This document shows, one piece after another, positions 37,285-50,400 of a stretch of 64,000 bases of DNA. A model generated the notes under the pieces. The model had not been told where the DNA came from. It worked only from the letters and a program-made list of their open reading frames with translations, and ran no database searches. A program made the position numbers and the translations under genes. The number at the start of each line of letters is the position of its first letter. Within the stretch, counting starts at the first letter, position 1. Source of the DNA: Podospora anserina (taxonomy: Eukaryota); contig CM030337.1 in NCBI GenBank assembly GCA_017654855.1, positions 3,224,001-3,288,000 on the forward strand, given 5' to 3'.

Positions 37285-37703
37285 TGTCACAGACCAACCA
37301 TATAGCAAGGCAGAGTGGGGACTGCGGCAGGCCGTGATGACCAATCAAATAACAAATAACAGCGGGGCTGCAGGACAGTGGGGCGCTCACCTCTTGGCAG
37401 AGGTGAGCCGGCTCGCCAGGAGCGCTGGGTGAGCGAGGTGAGCCAGGATGGATCACCAGGAGCGCTTGGTGATCGAGGTGAGCCAGGTACGGAGGTACCT
37501 GGAGGATTGAGGTCTATATATACGGAGGAACTGGCTGGTGTAGATAGACAGTTCCGCAATATGCAATTACAGCTTATATTCACGGTATCTCGCGTTTACA
37601 TTAAGACATCTTGTTGTGCACTGTTAGCTGCACCGAACTAATTGTCAGAAGTTACCTTCAATCGAGTATCCCTTTCAGAGGTTCTGTAAAGGGGTTCGTC
37701 ACA
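37285..37703 (+). mobile_element. Solo LTR (LTR-4), same family, different 5' half
   Basis: TGTCACA...GTTCGTCACA; conserved TATA and 3' half; followed by CTCTA. Confidence 0.93.
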
Positions 37704-38407
37704 CTCTATAATAGAGAAGAATATATAGGGTAGCTTTGCGGGTACTGGCTTTATACCGTACAATCCTGAAGGGGTGCTTTCTAAACTAAATATAAAGCTT
37801 CGTACGCTAATACCCCAGATTTACGGCCCGGTACTCCATAACTTTAGGTATTCTAGATATTATAAAACCCCCGAGAGGCCAATTTATAGTTAACGCTTAT
37901 TAAGACTTATATTACTAACTATCAAAATAGCTCCCCGACTTTAATGCTAACTACGGTAGACTAGCTTACTAAGGGTATAACGGCTATAATGCACTAGGTG
38001 GCTCTCCTTCGTGCAGAGGTCTCTTCGCTCCGTAAGGCCAATAAGGCACTAAGTAAGTGCCGGAGAGCCAAAAAAATACGTGTGAGGCTTGGAGGGTCAC
38101 TTACTGTACAAGAGGCACAGGATCTACTGGATCAGAAGGCCCTGGGCGAGCACGTAATCCAGGAAAATCGATAAAGTGGTGGTGGTACAGGGGGGTCTCG
38201 TACGAAGACTCAGTGCTGTGGTGTATGCGGCAAGCCTGGCCATAATGCGCGCACTTGCCAGGAGGCTGCATATGCCTCAGACTCAGCTGTTTCTGATGTT
38301 ATTATAGTTGGTTGATAGTTTCGTTGTATTATAATGGAGGATGGTATTCGAAGGGTGGTCAAAAGTGACCGGCCCACTTATATGACCGACTCGCTGATAA
38401 AGTACGT
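37704..38407 (+). mobile_element. pogo/Fot1 transposon, right half
   Basis: Continues the transposase (SIIEKNI*GSFAGTG, a RIPed form of SMTEKNIQGGFAGAG); C-terminal zinc knuckle CGVCGKPGHNARTC; right TIR ending ...CGACTCGCTGATAAAGTACGT at 38407. Confidence 0.92.
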
Positions 38408-38481
38408 CAACCGAAAAAGAAGATTCGCATAACAACCCCATCAAAATCACCCCATCCTCCCTCTCCCTCGCCCATATAAAG

Positions 38482-41400
38482 CTACCTGGGACCTTTAACA
38501 AACCTAGGAAAAACCACCGCCCTCTTCTGCTGCTCAACCCCCCGAAACAACCCGGCAAGCAGCGGGTGCAAGCCGGCCGCCTCCGCCTTGTCCGTCCACT
38601 CCTTAAACGGCAGGACCTCGAACCGCCTTGCCCTTGTCTCCTCCCCATCAGCAAGATACCTCTCCGATTGCCCGGTGGCCTTCTCCTCCTCTGCCTCCAG
38701 GACCTTCCGCAACGTCGCCAGCTCCATGACGGTGCCCCCTGTGTGATGTACGTACGTGACTCCCCCGCTTTGAACACCCCTGGTCACCGCCCGAGTGTTG
38801 TCAGTGGTGTCAGCCTCCTTCACGTCATCATCATCAATATCGCCAACAGCCTGAGTGCTGCTGGCAGCCTCCACAACGACATTGACAATATCCTCAGCCA
38901 CCTTCTCCAGCGGTACAAAGTCCATCGAGCCCCGGATTCCAAACCCACCGCTGGTCCCGTCCCCAGGGACGGCCCTCAACAGGCGCGAGTAAAACAAAAT
39001 CCTCGGGAGGATGGGCGCGTCAGGCCCCACGGCCGTCTCGTCCTGCGGCGTCGTGATGGCCGAGGGCCGGTGGATCCAGACGCGGAAGGATCCCGCTTTA
39101 GTACTAGCGATACCGCCAGAAATATCGGCGAGGTTCTCAAGCATCCTCTCGCCCACCCACTTGGTGGCGGCGTAACCCCTAGCGACCGCATCCCCTTGGT
39201 CGGGTACCACCTGGGCAGACCGTACCGACTCCTCGTAGAGTATCAGCGTCTCGCTCTCCTCGGTCCCGTTCGACGACCCGAGCATGGGGATCTCGCCCGT
39301 CGAGACAAAGTGGAAGGGAACTGGACGACGCGATAATACCCCCGCCTCAAGGCACAGCCTCGCCAGCTCGGCGGTAGCGTCCACGTTGGCGGCCCGCAGC
39401 GTGGCGTAGGTCTTGGTGTGGGAGACCTCGGCGCCGACGTGGACGATGGTGTCTGCCTGCGCCGCGACAGATGCCCACTCGGCTGGCGTCAGGCCCAGCC
39501 GCTTTTGCCGGAGATCGCCAGGCAGGTAGATTAGGTGCGTTGTTGGGGCCGGCAGGGCGTTTGAGGCGACGCGGGATTTGATCTGTCGCAGGGCGACGCA
39601 TATGATTTTGCCGATGGTGCCGGTTCGCTGCGAGGCTAGAAGGCGGTGGAGGACCTGGCGTCCGAGAATGCCTGAAGCGCCTGTGAGGATCACCGTTGGC
39701 GCGGTGTGGTTTGTCTCGGCCTCAGCTTCGTCAATGATACTGCTACTGCGCGGGAGGGGGGTTTGGAATTGCCCCGCCAGCTGGCGAAGTTCATCAGAAG
39801 GAGTCGCCTCAGCCTCCCAGTCGATGTCGATTCGGGGTTGGGGTGAAGCAGCAACAATATTAGCTTGCTGATTCGCTTCCTGCGCGGTGAGAAAGGTGGC
39901 CATGGCGCCCAGCGTGCTGTGCTCAAACAATTGCATCAATGGGACCGAGAGTCCCAGCTGTCTTTTGATCTGCTGCCGTAGATCTAGGAGCAGCATTGAC
40001 GTCCCGCCAACGTGGAAGAAGTCGGTATCTTGCGCCGTGACAAGGGGGGTCTCATATGTATTATGGTGATTGACATGTTCACCCGGATGAGGCTGGGAGT
40101 TCAAGACCTGCTCCCATATGGCCTGGACGCGCAGCTCCATGTCTGTTAGGGGCTGTTCTTGGTGTGTGGTATTGGAGGAGGCGGACGATTGGTCGAGAGA
40201 CAGGACCGCTAGCGCGCGTCGGTCCGTCTTTCCAGAAGTGGTGCGTGGCACTTTGTCAATCGGAATGAGCATGCTGGGTCGGACGGTACGCGGGAGTGGC
40301 AGGTCTGAGAGGAGGCGAGCCAGGTATCCCTGTACTCGTGAAGTTGCCGCAGTTGGTCCTTCTTCAAGTGGCTGCACGTCATGACTGAGGAACTCGGCAT
40401 CCAAGACGACGTAGCCAACGACAAACTTGGAATCTTGCTCTGCAGCGGATGAGCACGAGGTCGTCGTCGTCCGCGCAACAGCAACAGCCTCGACCACTGC
40501 GCCCTCAGAGGCCTGGACTATAGTCTGCTCGATGTCCCGCAGGTCAATGCGGACGCCGCGGATCTTGATCTGGGTGTCGTCGCCAATCCGGCCCTCGACG
40601 ACAAGAGATCCGTCAGGCAGGAGGCGGCCTCTGTCTCTGGTGCGGAACATGGTTGTCCATCCCTTGCGTATGTATTCTTGGGTGGCGAAGGGATTCCGAA
40701 CAAAGGCTCGGGCGGTGAGGACCGGCTGTTCGCCCAATTCCAAATATCCGCGCGCCACGGCCACGCCGCCGATGCAGATCTCGCCGGGCAGGCCGAGTGG
40801 CAGGGGGCGCATCTCCTCGTCGAGGATGTAGACGGACTCGTTGGCACAGGCAGGTCCGGCCGGGATCGTGGCCGGGGTCGTGGCCGAGGATGTAAGCATG
40901 GATGTGAGCTCGATGGAGGCGGAGCAGCAAGTTGTCTCGGCGGGGCCATAGCCGTTGAACAGCCTGAAAGGCCGCATGTTCTCGGGCGACGACTCGGCAC
41001 CGACCCCAAAGTGCTCGCGAAAGGCACCGAGGAGTGAATGGTCGACGGCCTCGCCACCGCTAAGTGCGACGGACCAGTGAGAGCGCCGCAGAGCCGCGCA
41101 GTCGCCGTGCCGGAACCAGCTGCGGTACTCGGTCGGGGTCGCGCACGTGTACGTCACCTTGTGCTCGGCGATGAACTCGGTCACGGCCACGGCGTCTCCA
41201 CGAAACCCGCGCGGCACAACTACAAGCGTCCCGCCCAAAGCCAGGGCCAGCATGATTTGCAGGACCGACATGTCGAAACCGGATGCGCTCTGCTGCAGGA
41301 CGGTGACGTTGGAATCCAGCCCGTAGGTCTTGGTCGAGGATTCGACCTCGTTGGCAAGGTTGGCGTGTGTCAGGACAATGACCTTGGGAGTTCCCGTGGT

Positions 41401-44400
41401 GCCACTCGTGTGGAGGGCGATGGCTGGGTCGCGGGCATCCGGCACGGTCTGTATCCGCCGCTGGAGGTTGTTGGGCTTAAATGCAGGCTCTAGGACTGTT
41501 GACACTTCGATCACGGTAGTGGGGTAGGTATCGAGGGCGAGGGCAAGGGCGGTACTACCAGATTGTGTCGTTTTGTCCACGAGAAGGGCAGCAGGATGGC
41601 ATGTAGCCACAACCATGGCGAGCCGGGCAACGGGCGTGCCTGGGTCCAGTGGCACGTAAACAGCTCCGATTTTGAGAATGCCCAGAATTGAGCAGATCCA
41701 GTCTGGCGTTAACTCCTGGTAGACGGCGACGTACTGGCCCCTGGACACGCCGTTTTCCATCAACGCGGCAGCGATGGCGTTCGTCTTGTCATCGAGCTGT
41801 TTGTAGGTGAGATAATCACCACCCTCGCTGCCGGTCGTCGTAACTGCAAGCCGGACAGCCAACTTGTCTCCATTTGCGGCCACCACGTCGTCGAGCCGGT
41901 GTGCCAACGTGCCGGGCCATCGTGTTTCAAATGCGGGACCTCTGCCGAGCTCCAACGCCTTGGTGACATCCGCATCACGATAACTCCACTCGCTCCCGGT
42001 CCCAACCAAGCTCCTGCTCGGTTCATGCGCAAACTCCCTAATCAGGTCCTCGAAACAGGCAGCAAAGACACGAACATCCTCCTGCTCGTAGAGAGCAGCC
42101 TGTCCATACACCGACACTAGCACATCATTACCTCCGCCTCCATCTCCGGTGGCGCTGCTGGCGTCGCTGCTGTTGTTGTTAGTATCAATAATATCCACGC
42201 TCAGGTCATAAGCTGTCCGCCCGAGCTCGAACCGCGGCGCCTCAAGCGTGCAGTCCGCAAACGGCTGCTGGCCGGGAAACCCGAGCCGGTAATCGAGGAA
42301 GGCCTGAAAAAGCGGAGCGTGCGACACGTCACGGGGCACGCGCAAGGCTTGCAGCACGGTGTCGAAGGGCGGCGCGGCGTGGCTCAACGCAGCAAAGGCC
42401 TTGTCGCGCGCCGATGCAAGTGCCGATGCGAACGTGGCAGGCCGGTCTTGGAACCGCAGCGCCAGGAGGTTCATGTAGGGGCCAACGCTGCCGAGCGTTT
42501 CTTCGTCGTGTCGGTTTGCATCGGCGATGCCGATGCAGATATCATCATCATCATCACCGCCGTTATTACTCGCTGGCTGATTCTGCTGGCCGCCATGGCT
42601 GCTGGCGCCGAGGCTGAGGAACCGCTGCAAGAGGATGCGGAACGCAGCGAGATAGAAATGAAAAGCGGTGCCGCCCCTGTGCTGCCGGGCCGCAGCCCGT
42701 ACCCGTTCCGCCAGGGCCGGATCAAGCCTGAATTCGACCAAATGCACGTCGTACCGCAGCAAAGGCTTCCGTGCCGAGACCCTGGCACGCGACAGCGGCA
42801 GCGGCTCGGGGATGGTGGCGAACTCGCGACGCCAAAAGGCAAGGTCGCCATCCCATGCCCCGGTGATCTCGTCCTCTCGCTGCTTATCGATGAAGGCGCT
42901 GTACTGGTTGACCGCCGAACTCAGGGCCAAATTAGCCCGGCGGCTGTAGAAAGCCTCAAGGTCGCGGAGGATGATCTGGGTGCACATGCCGTCAAAGTTG
43001 ACGTGGTGTGCGCCGATCATTAGGTAATTGTCGGTCGGGGAATCGGTCCGCGTCAGGAGGATGATGCGCATGAATTTGCCCCGAGCAAGGTCGTAGACGT
43101 GCTTTTTCAATTGATCAAATTCTTGCTCCACCTCCTCGTAGCTTCCTATCTCCCTGTGCTCCAGCTCTACTCTGCCCGTCTTGAGGATGCCCTGCTTGAC
43201 GACATGGTCTTCCAGATAAAAGCAAGCGCGCATGCTCTCATGACGATTCGAGAGCTGCTGGACGGCCGCCTTGAGGTCCTGCACCCGCACCCGCCCCGTC
43301 ATGCGAGTGAAGCCCGTATGGTTGAGGGTGGTCTTGTCCTCGAGCAGCGAGTGGACCACCCAGAACATGGACTGGGTGTGCGAGAGGCTTATGGATCTTT
43401 CAAGTGTCAACGGTTTGGTCATGACAGCAGGTATTTCGGACTGCTTGCCTTTTGGGAGCGAGACGAGGTCCTGGTCAGCCTCCCCGACCGTCTCGTGCGA
43501 CATCCGGGAGGTGGCCTCGGTGGCTGGACTTGCTGGAGAGTTGGGGACTGATGACGAGGACGATGATGACGACGGGACCGAAGATCCGGCGGATGTAGGC
43601 CTGGGAGGCAAAGCCGAATCCGAATTAAGGCTCGGGACAAGCTCAGGGGAAATCTTGGCCACGGCCTCGTCGACGAGCTCGCCAATCGACACCCCGTTGA
43701 GAATCTTGAGAACGGGGATGCTGACGGAGAGCTGCTTGAGGAACCAAGAGCGGATGTCGACGGCGATGAGCGAGTCCATGCCAATCTCGTTGCTGCGCAT
43801 CCTCATGAGCGCGTCGTCGTCGGCGCCCTCGATCTGCAGCATCGGCCGGACCTTGGCAAGGAACGAGTCTCTGATGGCCTCGTGGACCTGCGTCGTGTTC
43901 TGCGCCTGGAGCAGTCTCTCCTGCACCGAGGCGGCGTTCTTGCCGTTTGCGGAGCCGTGGTGCGCACTGTCCTCGTCCTCATCACGAAGCACGAAGCCCG
44001 CGAATTTCGGGTTGCCGAACCACCTGGGAAGGGAGGGCTCACCGGGCGAGACAAAGCGCATCCCGAGCCCGATGGCCGGCTCCTCACCCGGCCCCAGCGG
44101 CAGGTGGCCGTACCCGGAGTTAATGGCCTCGGCGAGGAGCTGGTACACGTCTATCTCGGAGACGCGACGCAGGCCGACGAGGAGCAGGCTGTTTTCGCCG
44201 TTGTCTGCCGACTCGCTTGAAAAGACGCCAAAGGCACCGGCGCCCGAGACGGCGCCGATGTCCACAATGCTGGCCGCCAGGCCCCGCTTCCGACGCTGAG
44301 CAGCGAGGGCGGGGAAGGCGGCGTTGGCGGTGACATAGTTGGCTTGCCCGAGGTTGCCTAGGACCTGCATCATGGAGGAGAAGTAGATGAAAAAGTCAAG

Positions 44401-47400
44401 AGGACGGTCGCCTAGTAGGCGGTCAAGGTGGCGACTGCCGTCTACCTTGGGGCCGAGAACGATCTGCATGTCTTCGAATGTCATGTCACGGACAAGTCGG
44501 TCACGGAGGACCATGGCTCCCATCATGACTCCAGCGAGGGGAGGGAGAGTGTCGCAGATGGTCTTGTACAAGGTCTCGACAGAGTTGCCGTCGGTGATAT
44601 CACTGGCACATGATGATCGATTAGTAAGAAGGTCGTTCCAGGCAGATAGGTGCCGAGAGAAAGGACAAGAATAAGGATGAAAAAAAGTGAAAACTGACTT
44701 AGCAAAGATCTTTACAACAGCGCCCTTCTTCCGGCAGCTCTCCTCCCAGCCAGCCTCCACATCGGGGCTCCTGCTACTAATGACGACGTACTTGGCCCCC
44801 TTGGCAATCATCCAATCACAAATGGAAAGTCCAAGGCCGCGCGAAAGTCCCACCAGCCAGTAGGTCCTGTCCGACTTGAAGATAGGCTTGGTATCTAACC
44901 GGCTGATACGGGCTTGCACAATGGGGGCAGCTTGCCAATCGAGCACTGCAAGAGGGTCCTGGAGCACCGAGGTGGCAGCAGTCAAGTCGCTAGCGCTGAC
45001 AGTATGGACCGTGAAATCGACATCGACGTCGATAGGCGGCGGCATCTTGAGATCCTCTTGCGCATGCTTCAGGGCCCGCTGGAGGGTGTCCCCCAACATT
45101 CCATGGGCACTTTCTGTCGCGGAACGGTAAGGAGAAGGTGACATTCCAGACAGGTCCCTGCCCGGTTGGCCCTGGAAGGCGGCGGTGGTAAGACGGTCCA
45201 CGCGACAATTGACAGGCAGCACGGCCGCAATTCTCTCTGTCTCCGCCGGGTGGGAGTCTTGGGCCGATGCGATGACGAAGCGAGCCAGATCCTTGGGCAG
45301 CCGAGATCGTATCTCCCTTGCTGGTAAGAAAGCTGGGATTGAGATGGTTGTGGCAGCAGCATGATCTCCCCCAGTCGTCTCGGCACCCCGACTGGTCGTA
45401 AAGATGGCATTGAGACTCCGCTCCGCCGCCCGCCGTCCCAACACGCGCGCGAGACCGCTCGAAGCGTTGTGGAATGTGATGCTTTGGCCCGGCACGAGAC
45501 CCTGGAGTGCAGACTCGGCGAGGAGGTGGGCGGCAACCTGGACCAGGAGCTTTGCGTCCTCAGTCTCACGGATTCCCGGAGACGACGGCGAGGTAGTAAC
45601 ACGCCCCTTGGAGTTGGCGATAAGAGCGGTGGCAGACCTTGGGACCCTGACTCTGGACGTTAGAGACTCGGCCAAGGCCAAGAAGCGGGAGTCACCGGCC
45701 TCTTCTTCCTCCTCCAGACCCAAAGTCAAGAAGAGCGGACCAAGAGGAGTATCGACCGGGGAGATGATTGCGGTCGTCGCACGCAGCTCCGTAGTGTTGC
45801 TGCCCAACTCGGAAGCCAGTTTATCCGCGTCCCGAAGCAGGGAGGTGTCGACAACCTGGTAACCCGTCTTGTCCTTGTCCTTCTCCGTCTCCACCGTGAC
45901 GGCAGCGTCAGCCTCGCGCACGTCCAGCTCACGCGTAATGGTCCGCCTAGCCGAGTTAAACCGATCATTGGCGTCAATGTCGGGCAGGAAGCGCGGCACC
46001 AGCTGGTGGCCACGCGCGTCCACGGCGATCTCGGGCTCGACAGACCACAGCGGCGGTTCCTGAGCCTGCGTCGTCTGTACCTGAGTCTGGATTCGGGCGA
46101 GATGCCGGAACCGCAGCAGCGCCTCGGCGAGGAGAGCGGCGTCCGCTCGACCGTTAGCCCCACCACCAGGGTGGAGTTCGGGGTCCAGATCGACGCACTG
46201 CACCCGGAGGCCGGGGACCTCGTGGACGACGGCGCGGAGGAATCCCGCGCTCATGCCGGACGCGGCGCTGTCACCCGACAGCTTGCCGCGCGTGACCCAC
46301 AGGAGGGTATGCTCGACGGCCACGAGCCTCTTGAGGGCGTCGAAGCTGGCCGCCGTCAGATCCTCGAATACGGGGGAATCAAGTTCCGAGAGGCTTAGCA
46401 CGCAGGCGTCTGGCGACAGGTTGGAGTGCCAGTCCGCAGGCAGGTCAAGCAGACGCTTGAAGGTGATGACGCTGCCCGAGACGTGAGGAGCAAGGGCGCG
46501 CTTGATTTCCGACACGACGCGACCCGTGCGGAGTGTAGCCCCGCCTATGATGACTAGGTCTTGCAGACTTGCACCGTCACCACCACCACCACCGGGGAAA
46601 GGAGACGACAGCGGCTCACGCAGAAACGAGACCGTATCATCAACGGCCTGCGAGACAAAGACGGCGTTGGAGTGCGTCTCCTGGACCGCCTCCAAAGGCG
46701 TGATCGTGTCCACCCCCGAGAAGCCGCTCTCCCTCAACAACTCGTCCCAATGCTCGGGCCCCACGAGCGGAGAGAGAGTACGGCCTTCGTCCATTCCTGT
46801 CCACCAGCCTGGCATGGTGCCGAAGATGAAGCCATCGCGGGCAAATGTGCTGTTGGTAGATTCGTTGACGATAAGGAAGCCGCCGGGGCGTAGGAGCCGA
46901 CGGAGGTTGCGCAGAGTTTGCCCCAGTCTTGGAGTTGCGTGAAGGACGGACGCTGCCACTATTAGGTCGTACGAGCCTGGGGTGTAGCCCTGTGAGATGG
47001 GGTCCCGCGCCGCGTCCAGTGTCTTGAAAATCATGCGCTTCGCGTAGGGCGCAAAGATCGAGGTGGCCTCTTCGAAGAAGTAGGCTGAGATATCGGTGTA
47101 GGTATACGACGAGAATCCCTGGGCTCCGATGTGGGCTAGGATGGGCTTGGTCGCGGCTCCGGTCCCGGCGCCGACCTCGAGGATGTTCATGTTCGGGTAA
47201 CGGTGCACGAGCTGCTTCACCGCTCGGCCCAGCCATTGGGCACACTGATTCGAGCCAACGGCGTCGGCGTAGTACTCTGCCAGAAGCTCGATGGGCAAGG
47301 GAACAGTTTGCTCCGGAACGACAGGCGCCGTGTTATCGAAGATGGGAGACATGATCTCGCCGACCTTGTGGATGATGCGGATGTCAATGCAGTCCTTGAA

Positions 47401-50400
47401 GGGCTCCGTAGCAGCGAGAACATCTTCTAGGGTGTCACTGGCCCACTCCTTGCGAGCATGCTTGTGGCGGCCCTGGTTCTGAAGCCCGTTCATATGACGC
47501 GCAAAGGCGAGGTAGTGGCTGTAGGTTGGGTGGCTTCTCACGGGGTGGTCGGGAGCCAGATCCCGCTCAAACTCGCGCAGGTAGAAGAGGGCGGCACGCT
47601 CGGCGCCCACAACGAGGTTGCGTTCGAACGGCGTGGTCTCAGCATCCAAGGCCAACATGTCGTCGCCGTCCGGACTGCCGTTCGCCCAGCGCATCCTACC
47701 AAATATCCTGTCATCGTCGGCAGCCGTCGCACCAGCAAAAGGGACGGTGCGTACGCCTTCGACCTGAATGGCGGCGTGTTCTGCAGCCCAGTTACCTCTT
47801 GGTGCAGCAAAGATGTCCACGTCGCCCGCCATGCCTGTCTTATCACCATCGGCACTAGCCTCCGACATGGCGGCCACGTGAACGGACTCGGCCTCTCCCC
47901 AGCCAGACCCGCAGAGGGCTGGGTTCACCCGAATCCGCTCCATAACGGTGGGGACGTGCAGTGACCAAAGCTGACCATCGCCCGGATGGCAGAAGGCAAG
48001 AAGTACGGCTTGGATGGCGCCGTCCAGCGTGCCAGGGTGAACGAGAAGCGTGTTCTCGTATGACGATTCTGATCCCGATTCGTCCAATGGCCGCCGCGGC
48101 GGGATGGAGACCTGGGCAACAGCCTTTCCCAGCTTCCTGCGAAGGCTAGACAAGGCGCGGAACGGCCCAGTGTATCCATATCCGCGGTCAGCCAGGGTCC
48201 CATAGAAGCGGTCGTCGGCCACGTCGACCAAGTTGGGCGGGTCAGCCTGGCGCGCAGGCAGCAAGCTCTCGTCGGGCTCGCCAAGCAGAACCTCGACGTC
48301 GGCGCTCGCGGACAAGGCAAAGGCGTCGGGGTCCCGCCCAGAACCAGAAGCCGAGGAGTAAGTAAAGTGTGCCCGCAAGCTCTGGCGCTCGTCGTCCTTG
48401 AGGATGTTCTCCAGCGTCACCAGGATCTCGACGCCGCTGTCATCCTCGCCGAAGGATATGGCCTGCAAGATGCGGAAGTTGGAGATATCGATCAAGCGAA
48501 TCGTGTTACTACTATCACCACCGGCATCGGCAATCTGCGGGAGCTGGCGCACAGCCTCGATCAGTGTCGATACATATCCGGCAGCCGGGAAGACCGTGCG
48601 GCCCTGCAGCTGATGGCCCGACAGCCATGGGATCTCGCGCTCCCGGAGTATGTTGCGCCAGCGTTGTTGCGTGGTCGAGATCTCGGGCTCGACGGCTCCG
48701 AGGATGGGATTGACACGCACCTTGCGAGTGCGAAGGCGGCGGGAGCGTCGCGACTCCCTCCAGTAGGCCCGTTCGTGGTTCCACTGGTACGAGGGCAGCC
48801 CTTTCAAAACTCGGTACCCGTCGCTCTTGGCGGCGCCGGCGGCGATTTCGAACGATTCAAGGTTGACCAGTGACTGGGACGTGCTCTCCTGGCTCCAGAG
48901 GAAGCCAAGAGCAGCAGAGAGGGCGACATCGGCCGCGGTGCCGCGGGCGAGCACGCCATGATAAGGGATGTCACGGTTCAGCGCCTCTTGTATGGTCTGG
49001 GTTGCTGGGCCCTTGAGCGCCGGGTGCGGGCCGATCTCAATCGCGAGGTCAAACGTTCCAGTCGCCGCCAGTGCCTTGTTCAACCCCTGGTAGAAAAGCA
49101 CCGGCTGCACCATATTGTCAGACCAATAGCTGCCATCTTGCAGTTTTCCCAGCGCTTCAGGGGAAGACATATCCAGGTCTGGGTACACAGTGGAGTACCA
49201 GACAGGGCGGCCCTTGGAGTTGCCAGGGGCAGGAGCCCGCACCTTGATACCACTGCCGCCAAGGGCCTGAATGTACGGCGCCGAGCAAGGCAGCATATGG
49301 CTCGAATGGTACGCCTTGTCGACCTTGAGCTTGCGATTGAACTTCCCCTCGTCCTCGAAAATGATGGCCAACTCGTCGATGGCGTCTTGGTCGCCTGAGA
49401 GCGTGACGCTGGCCGACGAGTTGCAAGCCGCCACCGTGGCTGCGCCTTCGAACTCGGCAACAATCTCGGCCGCGTCCTCCATCGAGGTGCCCACGGCCAT
49501 CATGGCTCCCTTGACATGGGCGCCGCTGGGGCTGGCAGCGCTGGACGCGGTCAAGCCCCGGAAGTAGGCCACCAATAGCGCATCGCGGGCTGACAGGAGA
49601 CCGGCGGCATAGGCGGCGCCAATCTCGCCGCTCGAGTGCCCAACGGCTCCCGTGAACTCGACGCCTGCAACGCGTAGGAGGTCCACCTGTACGATCTGCA
49701 GCGCCGTGCAGAGAGGCTGAGACAAGGTGGCCTCGTTTAGACGGCTTGTGGCGGGCGGGGCCCGCAGTTCCTGCTCCAGAGACCACCGAGGCCGCTGCGA
49801 CTCGGGAAGGGCGGCCAGATGCCCTTCGAGCTGGGTGATGGTTTGCCGCGCCATGGGAGAGCGATTGAGTAGCTCAGCTCCCATGCGGGCGTACTGTGCG
49901 CCTTGACCAGTAAAAACGGCGAGTACTCGGGGCTTACTGTTCTGCGGCAGCAATGACCTCCGTCCCAGCGCCGTCTTGTTGGACTTGGCTTCTTCTAACC
50001 TTGCGTCAATGCTGGATCGGAGTTGCTCGATTGAGCCAGCCGGGAAAGCCACCTTGAAAGGCAGATTAGAACGGCGCTGGCGCAGAGTCCATGCCAGGTC
50101 GCGAGGGTTGAGCGCGGTGGCGCTTGGCCCGGCCAGATATGCAGAATAGGCCTCGAGATTGGCAACGAGGGATTGCTCCGACGCAGCCGAGAAGACGTAG
50201 GGCCCCATTGGAAGTTGCTCGGGCTGGTGTTCGTCATCGAAACCACCCTCACTCTTGGTATCAATCAGCAGCCCACCATGACCATACACTCCAAAGGGAA
50301 GTGCCGCGGGTCGTTGTGGAGAGAGTAGAGTCTTTCGACTTATCAAATTCGAACTGTGAAGCTCGGGAATGTAGTTCTCGATGACTGCATGCGCGTTGGC

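Noticed and set aside
7439-37703. A single giant retrotransposon copied by reverse transcription
   Set aside because: The two LTRs have different 5' halves, whereas reverse transcription makes them identical. Cargo genes keep their introns on both strands.
6277-38407. Starship-type giant transposon as the explanation for the cargo block
   Set aside because: No tyrosine-recombinase captain gene at either end; the boundaries are explained by LTRs and a 5-bp TSD.
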